In this document: piece by piece, positions 48,963 to 58,800 of the stretch | Layout: each line of letters starts with the position of its first letter | How positions within the stretch are numbered: position 1 is the first letter of the stretch | Origin: a virus | Taxonomy: Duplodnaviria > Caudoviricetes | Length of the DNA: 64,000 bases | Strand: one strand, 5' to 3' | Virus record (IMG/VR): IMGVR_UViG_3300035670_011014 | Location: 814-64,813 of that record | Notes under the pieces: generated by a model | The model's database searches: none | Seen by the model: only the letters and a program-made list of their open reading frames with translations | What the model was told of the DNA's origin: nothing | Position numbers and translations under genes: made by a program

Positions 48963-50348
48963 ATGGCTAACGATAAGAACTTTGGATACCTCGGAAATAC
49001 TTTTCAAATACAACTACTTAATCAAATTATATTAGATAAAAATTTCGCCCGTTCTATCGTTGAAGTTATCGATCCAAAGTACTTTGACAATCAATATTTC
49101 AAAATCGTTATGCAAATGATTAAGGAATATTTTGTCAAGTTTGAACATTCACCCTCCTTCAATACTTTAGAGCAGCTTGCGAAAAGTGAAATTTCTAATG
49201 ACATGTCTCGTAAGATGGTTATGGATATGATTGAAGAGATAAAAACATCTTCAATCGAAGGTGCTGAGTTTGTTCAAACAAAATCCTTGAAATTCTGTAA
49301 ACAACAAGAACTACAGAAAGTAATGTCAAAGGCTCAAAAAATAATCGACAAAGGTGATTTTGAATCTTATGATGATATTGAGGAAATGGTGAGAGAAGCT
49401 TTACAAATTGGTGAAGTCGATCAAGGTACAGGAACAGTATTTTCGAATTTGGATGAGGTGTTGATGGACGATTTCCGACATCCAATACCAATGGGTATAC
49501 CTGGTATTGATAACCTCATGAAAGGTGGACTTGCAAAAGGTGAAATTGGTGTAATACTTGCACCCACAGGTGTTGGTAAAACAACAGTTCTTACCAAAAT
49601 TGCGAACAACGCATTCAACTTGGGATATAACGTACTCCAAATTTTTTTCGAAGATAATCCAAAAATTATTCAGAGAAAACATTTCACTCTTTGGACAAAA
49701 ATCAAACCCGATGATTTATCATCACGAAGGGAAGATGTAATGGCTAAAGTCGCAGAAATCAAAGAAAATACTACTAACAGTCTTACTTTGAAAAAACTAC
49801 CATCTGATACTGTTACAATCAGTCAATTGAAAAATCAAATACGAAAAATAATTGCTGAGGGAACCAAAATCGATGTAATCGTTTTAGATTATATTGATTG
49901 TGTATTACCAAGTGGTGCAGGTGGGGGTAAAGACTCCGACGAATGGAAAGCTGAAGGTTCTGTAATGAGACATTTCGAGGCTATGTGTCATGAATTGGAT
50001 ATCGCAGGATGGACAGCAACTCAAGGAAACCGTTCATCCATCTCAAGTGAAGTTGTAACAACAGACCAGATGGGTGGGTCGATCAAAAAAGCGCAAGTAG
50101 GACACGTTATTATATCAATAGCTAAATCTTTACAACAAAAAGAAATGAACTTGGCAACAATTGCCATTACAAAATCCCGAGTTGGAAAAGATGGTATAGT
50201 GTTTGAAAACTGCAAGTTTGATAATGAATACTTGGAAATAGATACAGAGTCTAGTGTAACCTTCCTTGGACTTGAAGAGCAAAAGGAAGAAAGAAATCGC
50301 AACAGAATTCGTGAACTCATGGAAAAAAGACAACCCCAAAGAGTTTGA
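48963..50348 (+). CDS. dnaB: Replicative DnaB/gp41-like helicase
   Basis: APTGVGKTT, FFED, VLDYIDC, WTATQGNR, KSRVG. Confidence 0.9.
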   Translation: MANDKNFGYLGNTFQIQLLNQIILDKNFARSIVEVIDPKYFDNQYFKIVMQMIKEYFVKFEHSPSFNTLEQLAKSEISNDMSRKMVMDMIEEIKTSSIEGAEFVQTKSLKFCKQQELQKVMSKAQKIIDKGDFESYDDIEEMVREALQIGEVDQGTGTVFSNLDEVLMDDFRHPIPMGIPGIDNLMKGGLAKGEIGVILAPTGVGKTTVLTKIANNAFNLGYNVLQIFFEDNPKIIQRKHFTLWTKIKPDDLSSRREDVMAKVAEIKENTTNSLTLKKLPSDTVTISQLKNQIRKIIAEGTKIDVIVLDYIDCVLPSGAGGGKDSDEWKAEGSVMRHFEAMCHELDIAGWTATQGNRSSISSEVVTTDQMGGSIKKAQVGHVIISIAKSLQQKEMNLATIAITKSRVGKDGIVFENCKFDNEYLEIDTESSVTFLGLEEQKEERNRNRIRELMEKRQPQRV

Positions 50349-50380
50349 ATTCAATAAAAACCCCAAAACAAAATTTAGAT

Positions 50381-51661
50381 ATGGAAAACAACATAAGTAT
50401 GTCACTTAAAGAAACTCGTTTCGTAATAAAAAGAAGCGGTGACAAAGTTTTATTCGAACCTGAAAAAATCAAAAGAGCTGTAATGAAAGCTATGCAAAGC
50501 GTCGGACATGTAGACGAAGAAATGGCTGAAAAAATTGCACGTTTAACTAAAAAGAGTCTTTTCAGAGAAGATAAACTACATATACCACACGTGGATGAAA
50601 TTCATGACATGGTGGAGAATAAACTTATGGATAATGGATTGAATGACGTGGCAAAGGAGTATATAATTTACCGTTCTAAAAGTAGACCTAATATTTTTGC
50701 AAAAAGGGTTAATTTGAAACCCTATGAATATCCTGAACTAGTTGAATACGTAGATGCTATCAGGCATTCATATTGGGTTCACACGGAGTTTAATTTTACT
50801 TCGGACATTCAAGACTTCAAAGTTCACCTATCTGATAAAGAACGTACGGCAGTTGAAAGAGCAATGTTGGCGATTTCACAAATAGAAATTGCGGTTAAAA
50901 CTTTTTGGGGAGACATTTACAAAAAAATGCCAAAACCAGAAATTGGTAGCGTTGGTGCTACTTTTGCTGAATCTGAAGTTAGACACGCAGATGCATATTC
51001 CAATTTGATTCAAGTTTTAGGTTTGAACGAACAATTCGAAAATCTTATGGAAGTACCTGCAATTCGTAGAAGAATCAAATATCTTGAAAAATCCATATCT
51101 AATTCAAGAAGTATTGAAAATCAGGATTACTTTGAGTCTATTATTTTGTTCTCAATGTTTGTAGAAAATGTTTCTTTGTTTTCTCAATTCCTCATTATCC
51201 TATCATTTAATAAACACAAAAATTTATTGAAAGGTATGAGTAACGCGGTAGAGGCGACTTCAAAAGAAGAAAACATTCATGCTGAGTTCGGTTTTGATTT
51301 GGTTAATTTAATTAAAAAAGAAAACCCAACTTGGTGGACACCTGAATTGATTGAGGACATCAAAGACACTACAATAGAGGCTTACGAAGCTGAACAAGAA
51401 ATTGTGAATTGGATTTTTGAAAAAGGTGACATGGACTTTTTATCAAAGGCACAAACTTTAGAATTCATTAAACATAGATTTAACTTGTCGCTTAATTCCA
51501 TCGGAATTGACAATGTATTTGAGGTTAATCAAGTATTATTGGAAACTACAGAATGGTTTGATGATGAAATTCTTACAACAAAACATACGGACTTCTTTTA
51601 TAAGAGAAGTATCAATTACAGCAAAAAACAAAAATCGATCACGTTGAACGATTTATTTTAA
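50381..51661 (+). CDS. nrdB: Ribonucleotide reductase beta subunit, class Id-type, with N-terminal ATP-cone
   Basis: VIKRSG...KIKRAV...VDEIHDMVENKLM...AKEYIIYR (ATP-cone); SQIEIAVKTFW, ESEVRHADAY, EENIH. ATG at 50381 preferred over TTG at 50345. Confidence 0.9.
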   Translation: MENNISMSLKETRFVIKRSGDKVLFEPEKIKRAVMKAMQSVGHVDEEMAEKIARLTKKSLFREDKLHIPHVDEIHDMVENKLMDNGLNDVAKEYIIYRSKSRPNIFAKRVNLKPYEYPELVEYVDAIRHSYWVHTEFNFTSDIQDFKVHLSDKERTAVERAMLAISQIEIAVKTFWGDIYKKMPKPEIGSVGATFAESEVRHADAYSNLIQVLGLNEQFENLMEVPAIRRRIKYLEKSISNSRSIENQDYFESIILFSMFVENVSLFSQFLIILSFNKHKNLLKGMSNAVEATSKEENIHAEFGFDLVNLIKKENPTWWTPELIEDIKDTTIEAYEAEQEIVNWIFEKGDMDFLSKAQTLEFIKHRFNLSLNSIGIDNVFEVNQVLLETTEWFDDEILTTKHTDFFYKRSINYSKKQKSITLNDLF

Positions 51662-51685
51662 GAACAAAAAAAATTATAATATTAT

Positions 51686-53392
51686 ATGAACAATAGAGAA
51701 CCATTTGATTGGATTAATGAAGAATCAATTACCTTCCTCCGTAGAGGATATTTGAGTGAGGGTGAAGAACCTTTAGAGAGAGTTAAAATTATTGCTAACC
51801 ACGCTGAGAAGTTGTTGGGGATGCCGGGTTTCGCAGAAAAGTTCTACGATTACATGAGTAAAGGTTGGTATTCTCTTTCTTCACCTGTATGGGCTAACTT
51901 TGGCAAAAAAAGGGGACTTCCTGTTAGTTGTTTTGGTTCGAACGTTGGAGACAACATTGAATCAATTTTGTACACTCAAGCTGAGGTAGGTGAAATGAGT
52001 AAAATGGGTGGAGGAACATCTGGATACTTCGGTAATATCAGAGGTAGAGGAGCTCCTATTACAGACAACGGACACGCTCCAGGTTCCGTACACTTCATGA
52101 ACTTGTTCCAAAGTGTGGTTGATAACATATCACAGGGATCTACTCGTAGAGGAAGATTTTCACCATATCTACCTGCGGAACATCCTGACATCATGGAATT
52201 CTTGAAAATAGGTACGGAAGGTTTCCCTATTCAAGATTTGACTCACGCAGTAACTGTTACTGACAAATTCATGGAAGAAATGATTGCTGGTGACAAAGAA
52301 AAAAGAGCGGTGTGGGCTCAAGTAATTCAAAGACGTGGTGAGATAGGATATCCTTATATTATGTTTTCCGATACTATGAATAACAAAGCACCTGAGGTAT
52401 ACAAAGAAAAAAACATGAAAATTTACAACTCGAATCTTTGTTCTGAAATTGCACTTCACAACTCAGAGGACGAATCTTTTGTTTGTGTTTTATCATCGAT
52501 GAACCTACTTCATTATGATGAATGGAAAGACACCGACGCGGTAGAAGTCATGGTTTATTTTTTGGATGCGGTTGTAACAGAATTTATCGAAAAAATAGAT
52601 GAGTTAAGAAACAATGCAACCGTGGAAGGACAAAGAGCGTTTTTCTATCTCGAAAGAGCGTACAATTTTGCAAAAAGACAAAGAGCACTTGGTTTGGGTG
52701 TTTTAGGATGGCATTCTCTACTACAAGCAAAGAACCTTCCATTTGATACTCGTGAAACTGCAAGACTAAATGTTGAGGTTTTCAAAAACATAAAAGAAAA
52801 GTCTTACAAAGCATCTGAGGAATTGGCAAAAATATTCGGAGAACCCGAGACTCTTGTTGGTTATGGTAGAAGAAATGTAACCCTAAATGCGATCGCACCT
52901 ACTACTTCATCTGCTTTTATTTTGGGGCAAGTCTCTCAATCAATCGAACCTATATGGTCCAATTGTTACGTAAAGGACGTTGCTAAGTTGAAAGTTACCA
53001 TTAAAAACCCTGTTCTCAAAAATTTACTGGCGGAACTTAAAAAGGACAATAAGGCGACTTGGGACAGTATTAAAAAACATGATGGATCAGTTCAACACTT
53101 AGAATTTTTGACTGACGAACAGAAAGACGTTTTCAGAACTTTTGCTGAAATTAACCAATCCTCTATTATCAACCAAGCGGCTGTACGTCAAGACTACATC
53201 GATCAGTCACAGTCCCTGAATTTGATGATATCTCCTGATATGCCAACAAAAGATGTTAACAAGTTATTGATTGACGCTTGGCAGTTGGGTGTCAAAACAT
53301 TGTACTATCAACACTCGATGAATTCTGCTCAAGCTTTCGCAAGAAAGAAACTTAATCTGAATGACTTACAGTGTGTGGCTTGTGAAGGATAA
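51686..53392 (+). CDS. nrdA: Ribonucleotide reductase alpha subunit (short, no ATP-cone)
   Basis: PVSCF, GGGTS, SNLCSEI, VCVLSS, IAPTTSS, TLYYQ and C-terminal CVACEG. Confidence 0.95.
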   Translation: MNNREPFDWINEESITFLRRGYLSEGEEPLERVKIIANHAEKLLGMPGFAEKFYDYMSKGWYSLSSPVWANFGKKRGLPVSCFGSNVGDNIESILYTQAEVGEMSKMGGGTSGYFGNIRGRGAPITDNGHAPGSVHFMNLFQSVVDNISQGSTRRGRFSPYLPAEHPDIMEFLKIGTEGFPIQDLTHAVTVTDKFMEEMIAGDKEKRAVWAQVIQRRGEIGYPYIMFSDTMNNKAPEVYKEKNMKIYNSNLCSEIALHNSEDESFVCVLSSMNLLHYDEWKDTDAVEVMVYFLDAVVTEFIEKIDELRNNATVEGQRAFFYLERAYNFAKRQRALGLGVLGWHSLLQAKNLPFDTRETARLNVEVFKNIKEKSYKASEELAKIFGEPETLVGYGRRNVTLNAIAPTTSSAFILGQVSQSIEPIWSNCYVKDVAKLKVTIKNPVLKNLLAELKKDNKATWDSIKKHDGSVQHLEFLTDEQKDVFRTFAEINQSSIINQAAVRQDYIDQSQSLNLMISPDMPTKDVNKLLIDAWQLGVKTLYYQHSMNSAQAFARKKLNLNDLQCVACEG

Positions 53393-53414
53393 AACGAATC
53401 TTCATTTCATTAAT

Positions 53415-53441
53415 AAACCCATCTAACCGATGGGTTTTTTT
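53415..53441 (+). terminator. Intrinsic terminator after nrdA
   Basis: AAACCCATC-TAACC-GATGGGTTT followed by a T run. Confidence 0.8.
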
Positions 53442-53478
53442 ATTTCTAAAAAAAATATCAGGAATATATTTATGGGAT

Positions 53479-53946
53479 ATGGCTAACGGCAAAACATACG
53501 GTATCAATTTCCCTTTTCAGGACAGTCTTCAAGGAAAGTATCTTTCCTTATCAGAGGATGCAAATCGTGAAATAAGAAGTAATTTAATACATCTAATTTT
53601 AACAAGAAAAGGTTCAAGATATTACTTACCTGATTTCGGTACAAGAATATTTGAATTTATTTTTGAACCTATGGATTCACCAACATTCGAATCAATCAAA
53701 TCGGACATTAAAGATAATGTGGAAAAATATATTCCTAATCTTATCATTAATGAAATAACTATCAATCCGTACGTCGAGGAAGAAGGGCAAACAACCGTAA
53801 CGCAACTAAACACGGACTTTTTGGACACAGGAGTTTTGAGTGTACCGGGAAGAGGGGTTGAAGAATACACCGCAAAATTGAGAATCGATTTTACTATCAC
53901 TTCCGACACCTTCGAGACAAGAGATTTTGTTATAATCAATATTTAA
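53479..53946 (+). CDS. Baseplate wedge/sheath initiator (gp25-like)
   Basis: IRSNLIHLILTRKGSRYYLPDFGTRIFEFIFEP. Confidence 0.85.
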   Translation: MANGKTYGINFPFQDSLQGKYLSLSEDANREIRSNLIHLILTRKGSRYYLPDFGTRIFEFIFEPMDSPTFESIKSDIKDNVEKYIPNLIINEITINPYVEEEGQTTVTQLNTDFLDTGVLSVPGRGVEEYTAKLRIDFTITSDTFETRDFVIINI

Positions 53947-53952
53947 TAGGAA

Positions 53953-55791
53953 ATGGCAGAAAGAAGAATTTCATACACAGACAGAGACTTTGCCTCTTTA
54001 AGGCAGGACTTGATTGATTATACTCAGCAATATTATCCTGACTTAATCGACAATTTTAATGATGCTGCTTTATTTTCAGTATTCTTAGACTTAAATGCGG
54101 CGATAGGAGACAATTTGAATTTCCAAATTGATAGAAGTATCCAAGAAACTGTACTTCAGTATGCACAACAAAGATCCTCAGTATACAACATTGCACGAAC
54201 CTACGGACTGAAAATACCAGGAAACCGTCCTTCTGTAGCTTTAGTGGATTTTTCAATAACAGTACCTGCGAATGGAGACTCCGAAAACGTAGAGTACTGT
54301 GGAATACTAAGGGCAGGTGCTCAAGTTCAAGGTGGTGGACAAGTATTTGAAACTGTATATGATGTTGATTTTAGTTCACAATACAACAACGAAGGATTTG
54401 TGAATGCCAAGAAAATCCCAAATTTTGATGCCAACAACAACCTTATAAATTACACGATTGTAAAAAGAGAAGTTGTTGTTAATGGTTTCACCAAAGTATT
54501 CAAAAAAGTTATAACACAAAACGATGTTCGTCCATTTTTTGAAATATTTTTACCTGAAAAAAATGTACTTGGAATTACATCCGTAATTCAAAAGGATGGA
54601 ACATCATTTCAAAACGTACCATCTGCGTCCGAATTCATAACATCAACTAATAGATGGTATGAAGTGGACGCGCTAGCCGAAGATAGGGTTTTTGTGGAAG
54701 ATCCAACAAAACCATCAGACAATCCTGGAATTAAGGTTGGTAGATATATTCAAACCGAAAATAGATTCATTTCTGAATTTACACCCGAGGGTTATCTGAA
54801 AATGACATTTGGTAATGCAACAGTTACTGCTGACGATCAACTAGCACAATTCTCAAGAACAGGTGTTCCACTGAACATTGCTAACTACCAAAACAACATT
54901 GGATTAGGAAAAACAGTTCAACCAAATACTACATTGTTCATTCAATATAGGGTTGGTGGTGGATTATCGAGTAACATAGGTGTGAATGCAATTACTCAAT
55001 TGGGTACTTACGATTTACAAATAACAGGTCCGAATCCTACGATTAATTCTGCCGTGGTAAATTCTCTGAGTGTCACTAACGTGACTGCTGCAATAGGTGG
55101 TGCTAACCAACCAACAATAAATGAGGCTAGAAACATGGTGGCGTTTAACTTCGCAGCTCAGAAAAGAGCGGTAACCATCAATGACTACAATTCTTTATTA
55201 ACGACCATGCCTGGTAAGTTTGGAGCACCTGCAAAGGTTGGAATTGTTGAAAACAACAACAAAATCGAAATACAATTACTTTCATACGATGCTGCTGGTA
55301 AACTAACATCCAATGTACCTAACGTTTTGAAAACAAATGTTGCGAATTATCTGTCAAATTACAGGATGATTAATGATTATGTTGTAATCAACACCGCTGA
55401 AGTGATAGACTTGAAGTTTGATGTTTCTGTGATATTGGATTCTGCACAAAACAGAGGTGAAGTAATATCCAACGTGATAAACGTCATTTCGAATTATATG
55501 AGCCCACTCTTCAGACAACTTGGACAAAACGTAAATGTTTCTGAAATCAGGAGAGAAATACAGAATGTCGGTGGGGTAAACACAGTATCAACAATTGATA
55601 TATTCAATTTAGTAGGGGGACAGTATTCGTCTAATGAAACTTCACAAAGATATTCTGACGACACCACACGTCAAATATTATTGATTGATGAAACAATTTT
55701 TGCACAACCAAATCAAGTATATCAAGTTAGGATACCATCAAAAGATATACAAGTAAGGGTAAAAACCCTAACAAGTACGAGTTTCTCGTAA
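53953..55791 (+). CDS. Baseplate wedge protein (gp6/baseplate J-like)
   Basis: DFASLRQDLI...AQQRSSVYNIARTYG...YRVGGG..SN...AIGGA...QKRAVTINDY. Confidence 0.85.
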   Translation: MAERRISYTDRDFASLRQDLIDYTQQYYPDLIDNFNDAALFSVFLDLNAAIGDNLNFQIDRSIQETVLQYAQQRSSVYNIARTYGLKIPGNRPSVALVDFSITVPANGDSENVEYCGILRAGAQVQGGGQVFETVYDVDFSSQYNNEGFVNAKKIPNFDANNNLINYTIVKREVVVNGFTKVFKKVITQNDVRPFFEIFLPEKNVLGITSVIQKDGTSFQNVPSASEFITSTNRWYEVDALAEDRVFVEDPTKPSDNPGIKVGRYIQTENRFISEFTPEGYLKMTFGNATVTADDQLAQFSRTGVPLNIANYQNNIGLGKTVQPNTTLFIQYRVGGGLSSNIGVNAITQLGTYDLQITGPNPTINSAVVNSLSVTNVTAAIGGANQPTINEARNMVAFNFAAQKRAVTINDYNSLLTTMPGKFGAPAKVGIVENNNKIEIQLLSYDAAGKLTSNVPNVLKTNVANYLSNYRMINDYVVINTAEVIDLKFDVSVILDSAQNRGEVISNVINVISNYMSPLFRQLGQNVNVSEIRREIQNVGGVNTVSTIDIFNLVGGQYSSNETSQRYSDDTTRQILLIDETIFAQPNQVYQVRIPSKDIQVRVKTLTSTSFS

Positions 55792-55858
55792 TCTCCATAA
55801 CCCTTAAGTAATTACTTTTGAAATTGGATGAATAACTATTTATCTTAAAAGATACTTC

Positions 55859-58800
55859 ATGCCCAAATCTTATAGAATACGTACCGAACCAGGAGTCGAC
55901 AAACAAATCAGAGTCAATATTGAACAAGACTTTGATTTTTTAGAGATTTTGTCATTAAAAATAAGACAAGATGAATTGTACTCAGACTTCTGTGCTAATT
56001 ATGGTGTTGTAGTTGGTAGAGTAATTGCTAACGGGGGGTATGGAGTTCCGAATGCTCGGGTATCAATATTTGTTCCTATCGATGAATTGGATATAAATGA
56101 TCCTGTTATTAACACATTGTATCCATACCGAACTTTAGATGACATAAATGAAGATGGATATAGATACAATTTATTACCCTACACACCATCATATAATGGA
56201 CACGTACCCACTGGAACATTTCCAACCAGAGAAGATGTTTTAACTGACAAGGCAGTTTTGCAAATTTATGAAAAATATTATAGGTTTGTTGTAAGAACAA
56301 ACGATAGCGGTGATTTTATGATTGTTGGTGTTCCACTCGGAGTTCAAACAATCACAATGGATTTAGACTTATCAGACATTGGATGTTTTTCATTACGCCC
56401 GACTGACTTAGTTAGACAAGGTAGAGGTGTACAATCACAATTCGACGGAAATAGATTTAGAGCTTCCAATGACTTAGCTTCTTTACCTCAAATTGTTACG
56501 GCAACTTCACAAATAGATGTTGCTTCTTTTTGGGGACAGGAAGATTTATGTAATATTGGTATCACAAGGAATGATTTTGATTTAAGATCTTTGGGTATTG
56601 AAATCCAACCGACAGCAGTGTTCATGGGTTCAATCATGACAAGTAATCAACAACTTAAAAAGTCTTGCAAACCCAAAACAGAAATGGGGGATTTATGTGG
56701 GATGAGTACGGGTCCGGGGCAGATTCTTGCAATCAGACAGACAATATTCCAGGATAGTAGTGGAGATCCGGTTCTTGAAGAATACAAACTCGAAAATGGG
56801 GGTAAGGTTATCGATGAAAATGGTGCTTGGGTAGTAGATGTTCCTATGAACTTAGATTATGTTGTCACAAATGAATTTGGGGAACAAGTTTTTTCTAACG
56901 ATCCTTCAGTCGGAATCCCAACATCTGCCAAATACAGATTTAAAGTAAAATGGCAAGATGAAGATGGGATGAAGGAAGCTCCCGTGTCTACAATTCCGTT
57001 ACCTTCCGTATTCACAACACCTACAGGAGAATTAAAACGAGCTAACTTCCTTGTCCCAAATATCAGAGAATACGGATGGACATCAACATCAACGGATCCT
57101 GCAAGTTTATCTCCAAGCTCACAATATTACAAAGAGTTAAAAAAATCTTATGCCTTTTCCCTTGATTGGGCTGACTATGTAGACAAACAAGCCGCTATAA
57201 ATTGTGAAGACTTTTTCTACAAATTTAAATACAACAAGGTTTATACAGTTTCACAATTAATCGACGAATATAGAAACGGAACAGGAAGAGGTAGGTTTAT
57301 TGGAATCAAAGAAATTATCGACAGAACTTGTGAGACTGAAGTTAATAGATTTCCAACAAATGACGGTGTAAGAAATTTTGACACCTTTTATTTCATATTT
57401 AACTTCTTACTCAGTCTTTTGACTGTCCCGTTTTTCGTAATAATAATCCTGTATCACGTTTTAAGTTTCTTATGGGAATGGGTTAGAATACCATTATTAT
57501 TGGCTTTAAGTGCAGTATTCACCGCTGCGGGAGTTTCGAGTTTAGTTCAAGCGGTAGCCGCGTTCAGTGCACTCTCAATCGGTGCTGGTATAGGTTTCAT
57601 CATTCAGTCAGTTTTATGGTTTGGTATGACGGCGTTGATTTTAGTATTTTGGAATCGACTTCAAAAAATTGAGTTCTATGCAATACCATTGCCAAATATA
57701 ACTTATCCTGACTGTCAAATGTGTGAATGTGAGGCTAAATTATGTTGTGGAGATGAAGACTTGGAAACATTTAATGAAAACACTAGTTTCTTAGCAAATA
57801 CAAACCAACCTGCCTTTTTCTCAGGACTGTTGGCGATCGAAGATGATGAAACAGACACAAGATGGATGGGTAAGTTTGCAAGTGGATTCCAAATATCCAT
57901 GGCGGGTAATAACATCAACTGGGATGAAACGGGTGTTGACCCGGCATCCAACTATGCAAAAGCCCCTTTCATAAGTAATACAGATAATCCACAATCGAAA
58001 TGGGACATTTGGTCTTACGACTTACCCTTAGCCGAGAGAATGAACCTATTCAACTTGAAATCTAAGTTCCACAGGGACGGTGATAATGGTTCAGGTAATG
58101 CATATAATCAAATACAAGTAAAAATACGTCCAGGACTCAACCCAACACCTTATTTTGATAATGTTTTGGTTATGTTGGCGGATCCGGGAACATTACTTAA
58201 AATGCAACCCGCTCAATTGATTAGTTTTTCTAATCCGAGAAATTCGCAAGACCCCAACATAACAGGACACACAAATGTTGTTGACTCAAGTGGATTCACC
58301 ATAACAAATGGATTTAATACGTTCTCAACGACAGGTACGTCGTCATTGAATACAAGTATTCAAATAACACATATGAGCCCAACTACCCTCCTTCCTGTTA
58401 CACAAACTTACGTGGGGATTACGGGTTCATCGACTGTGAGAGAATATCAATATCCTGCGGATATCGAGTACTTTCAATTAGTCACAGGACACACTTTGGG
58501 AGATTACATTGCCTTGTGTGGACAGACACCTGCCAGTATTTCAGGTTCTACTTATCCGGCATTGGGAACAGGTACCTTACTTAGAAGATATATTTTTGGA
58601 TTTCAAAGAATTGAAAAAAACAATTCAAGTACCGATTTACCCAATGAGTACCCTGATGATTCAGGAAACAACAAATTTGCCCTAAACGCGCCTAACATTA
58701 TGTTGAACCCTGATTATCTGACACATGAGGTATTGTTTATGGTAAGAGGTGTTGATCCACATTGTGATAAACAAATTGTTCAATATGATTTATCTAAACT

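Noticed and set aside
50345-50380. TTG start for nrdB given by the ORF track
   Set aside because: The ATG at 50381 follows an A-rich leader like other genes here and lies just before the ATP-cone; the extra 12 codons look non-coding.
13962-53392. Inteins or introns in PolB, SNF2, DnaB, RecA or NrdA
   Set aside because: Catalytic motifs are normally spaced, the ORFs are uninterrupted, and no intein termini or homing endonuclease motifs are apparent.
23514-55791. Bacterial contractile injection system (T6SS/eCIS) or eukaryotic giant virus
   Set aside because: Sheath, tube and baseplate genes co-occur with neck proteins and a full phage replication set, and no host housekeeping context is present. 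PolB and SNF2 alone do not imply a giant virus.
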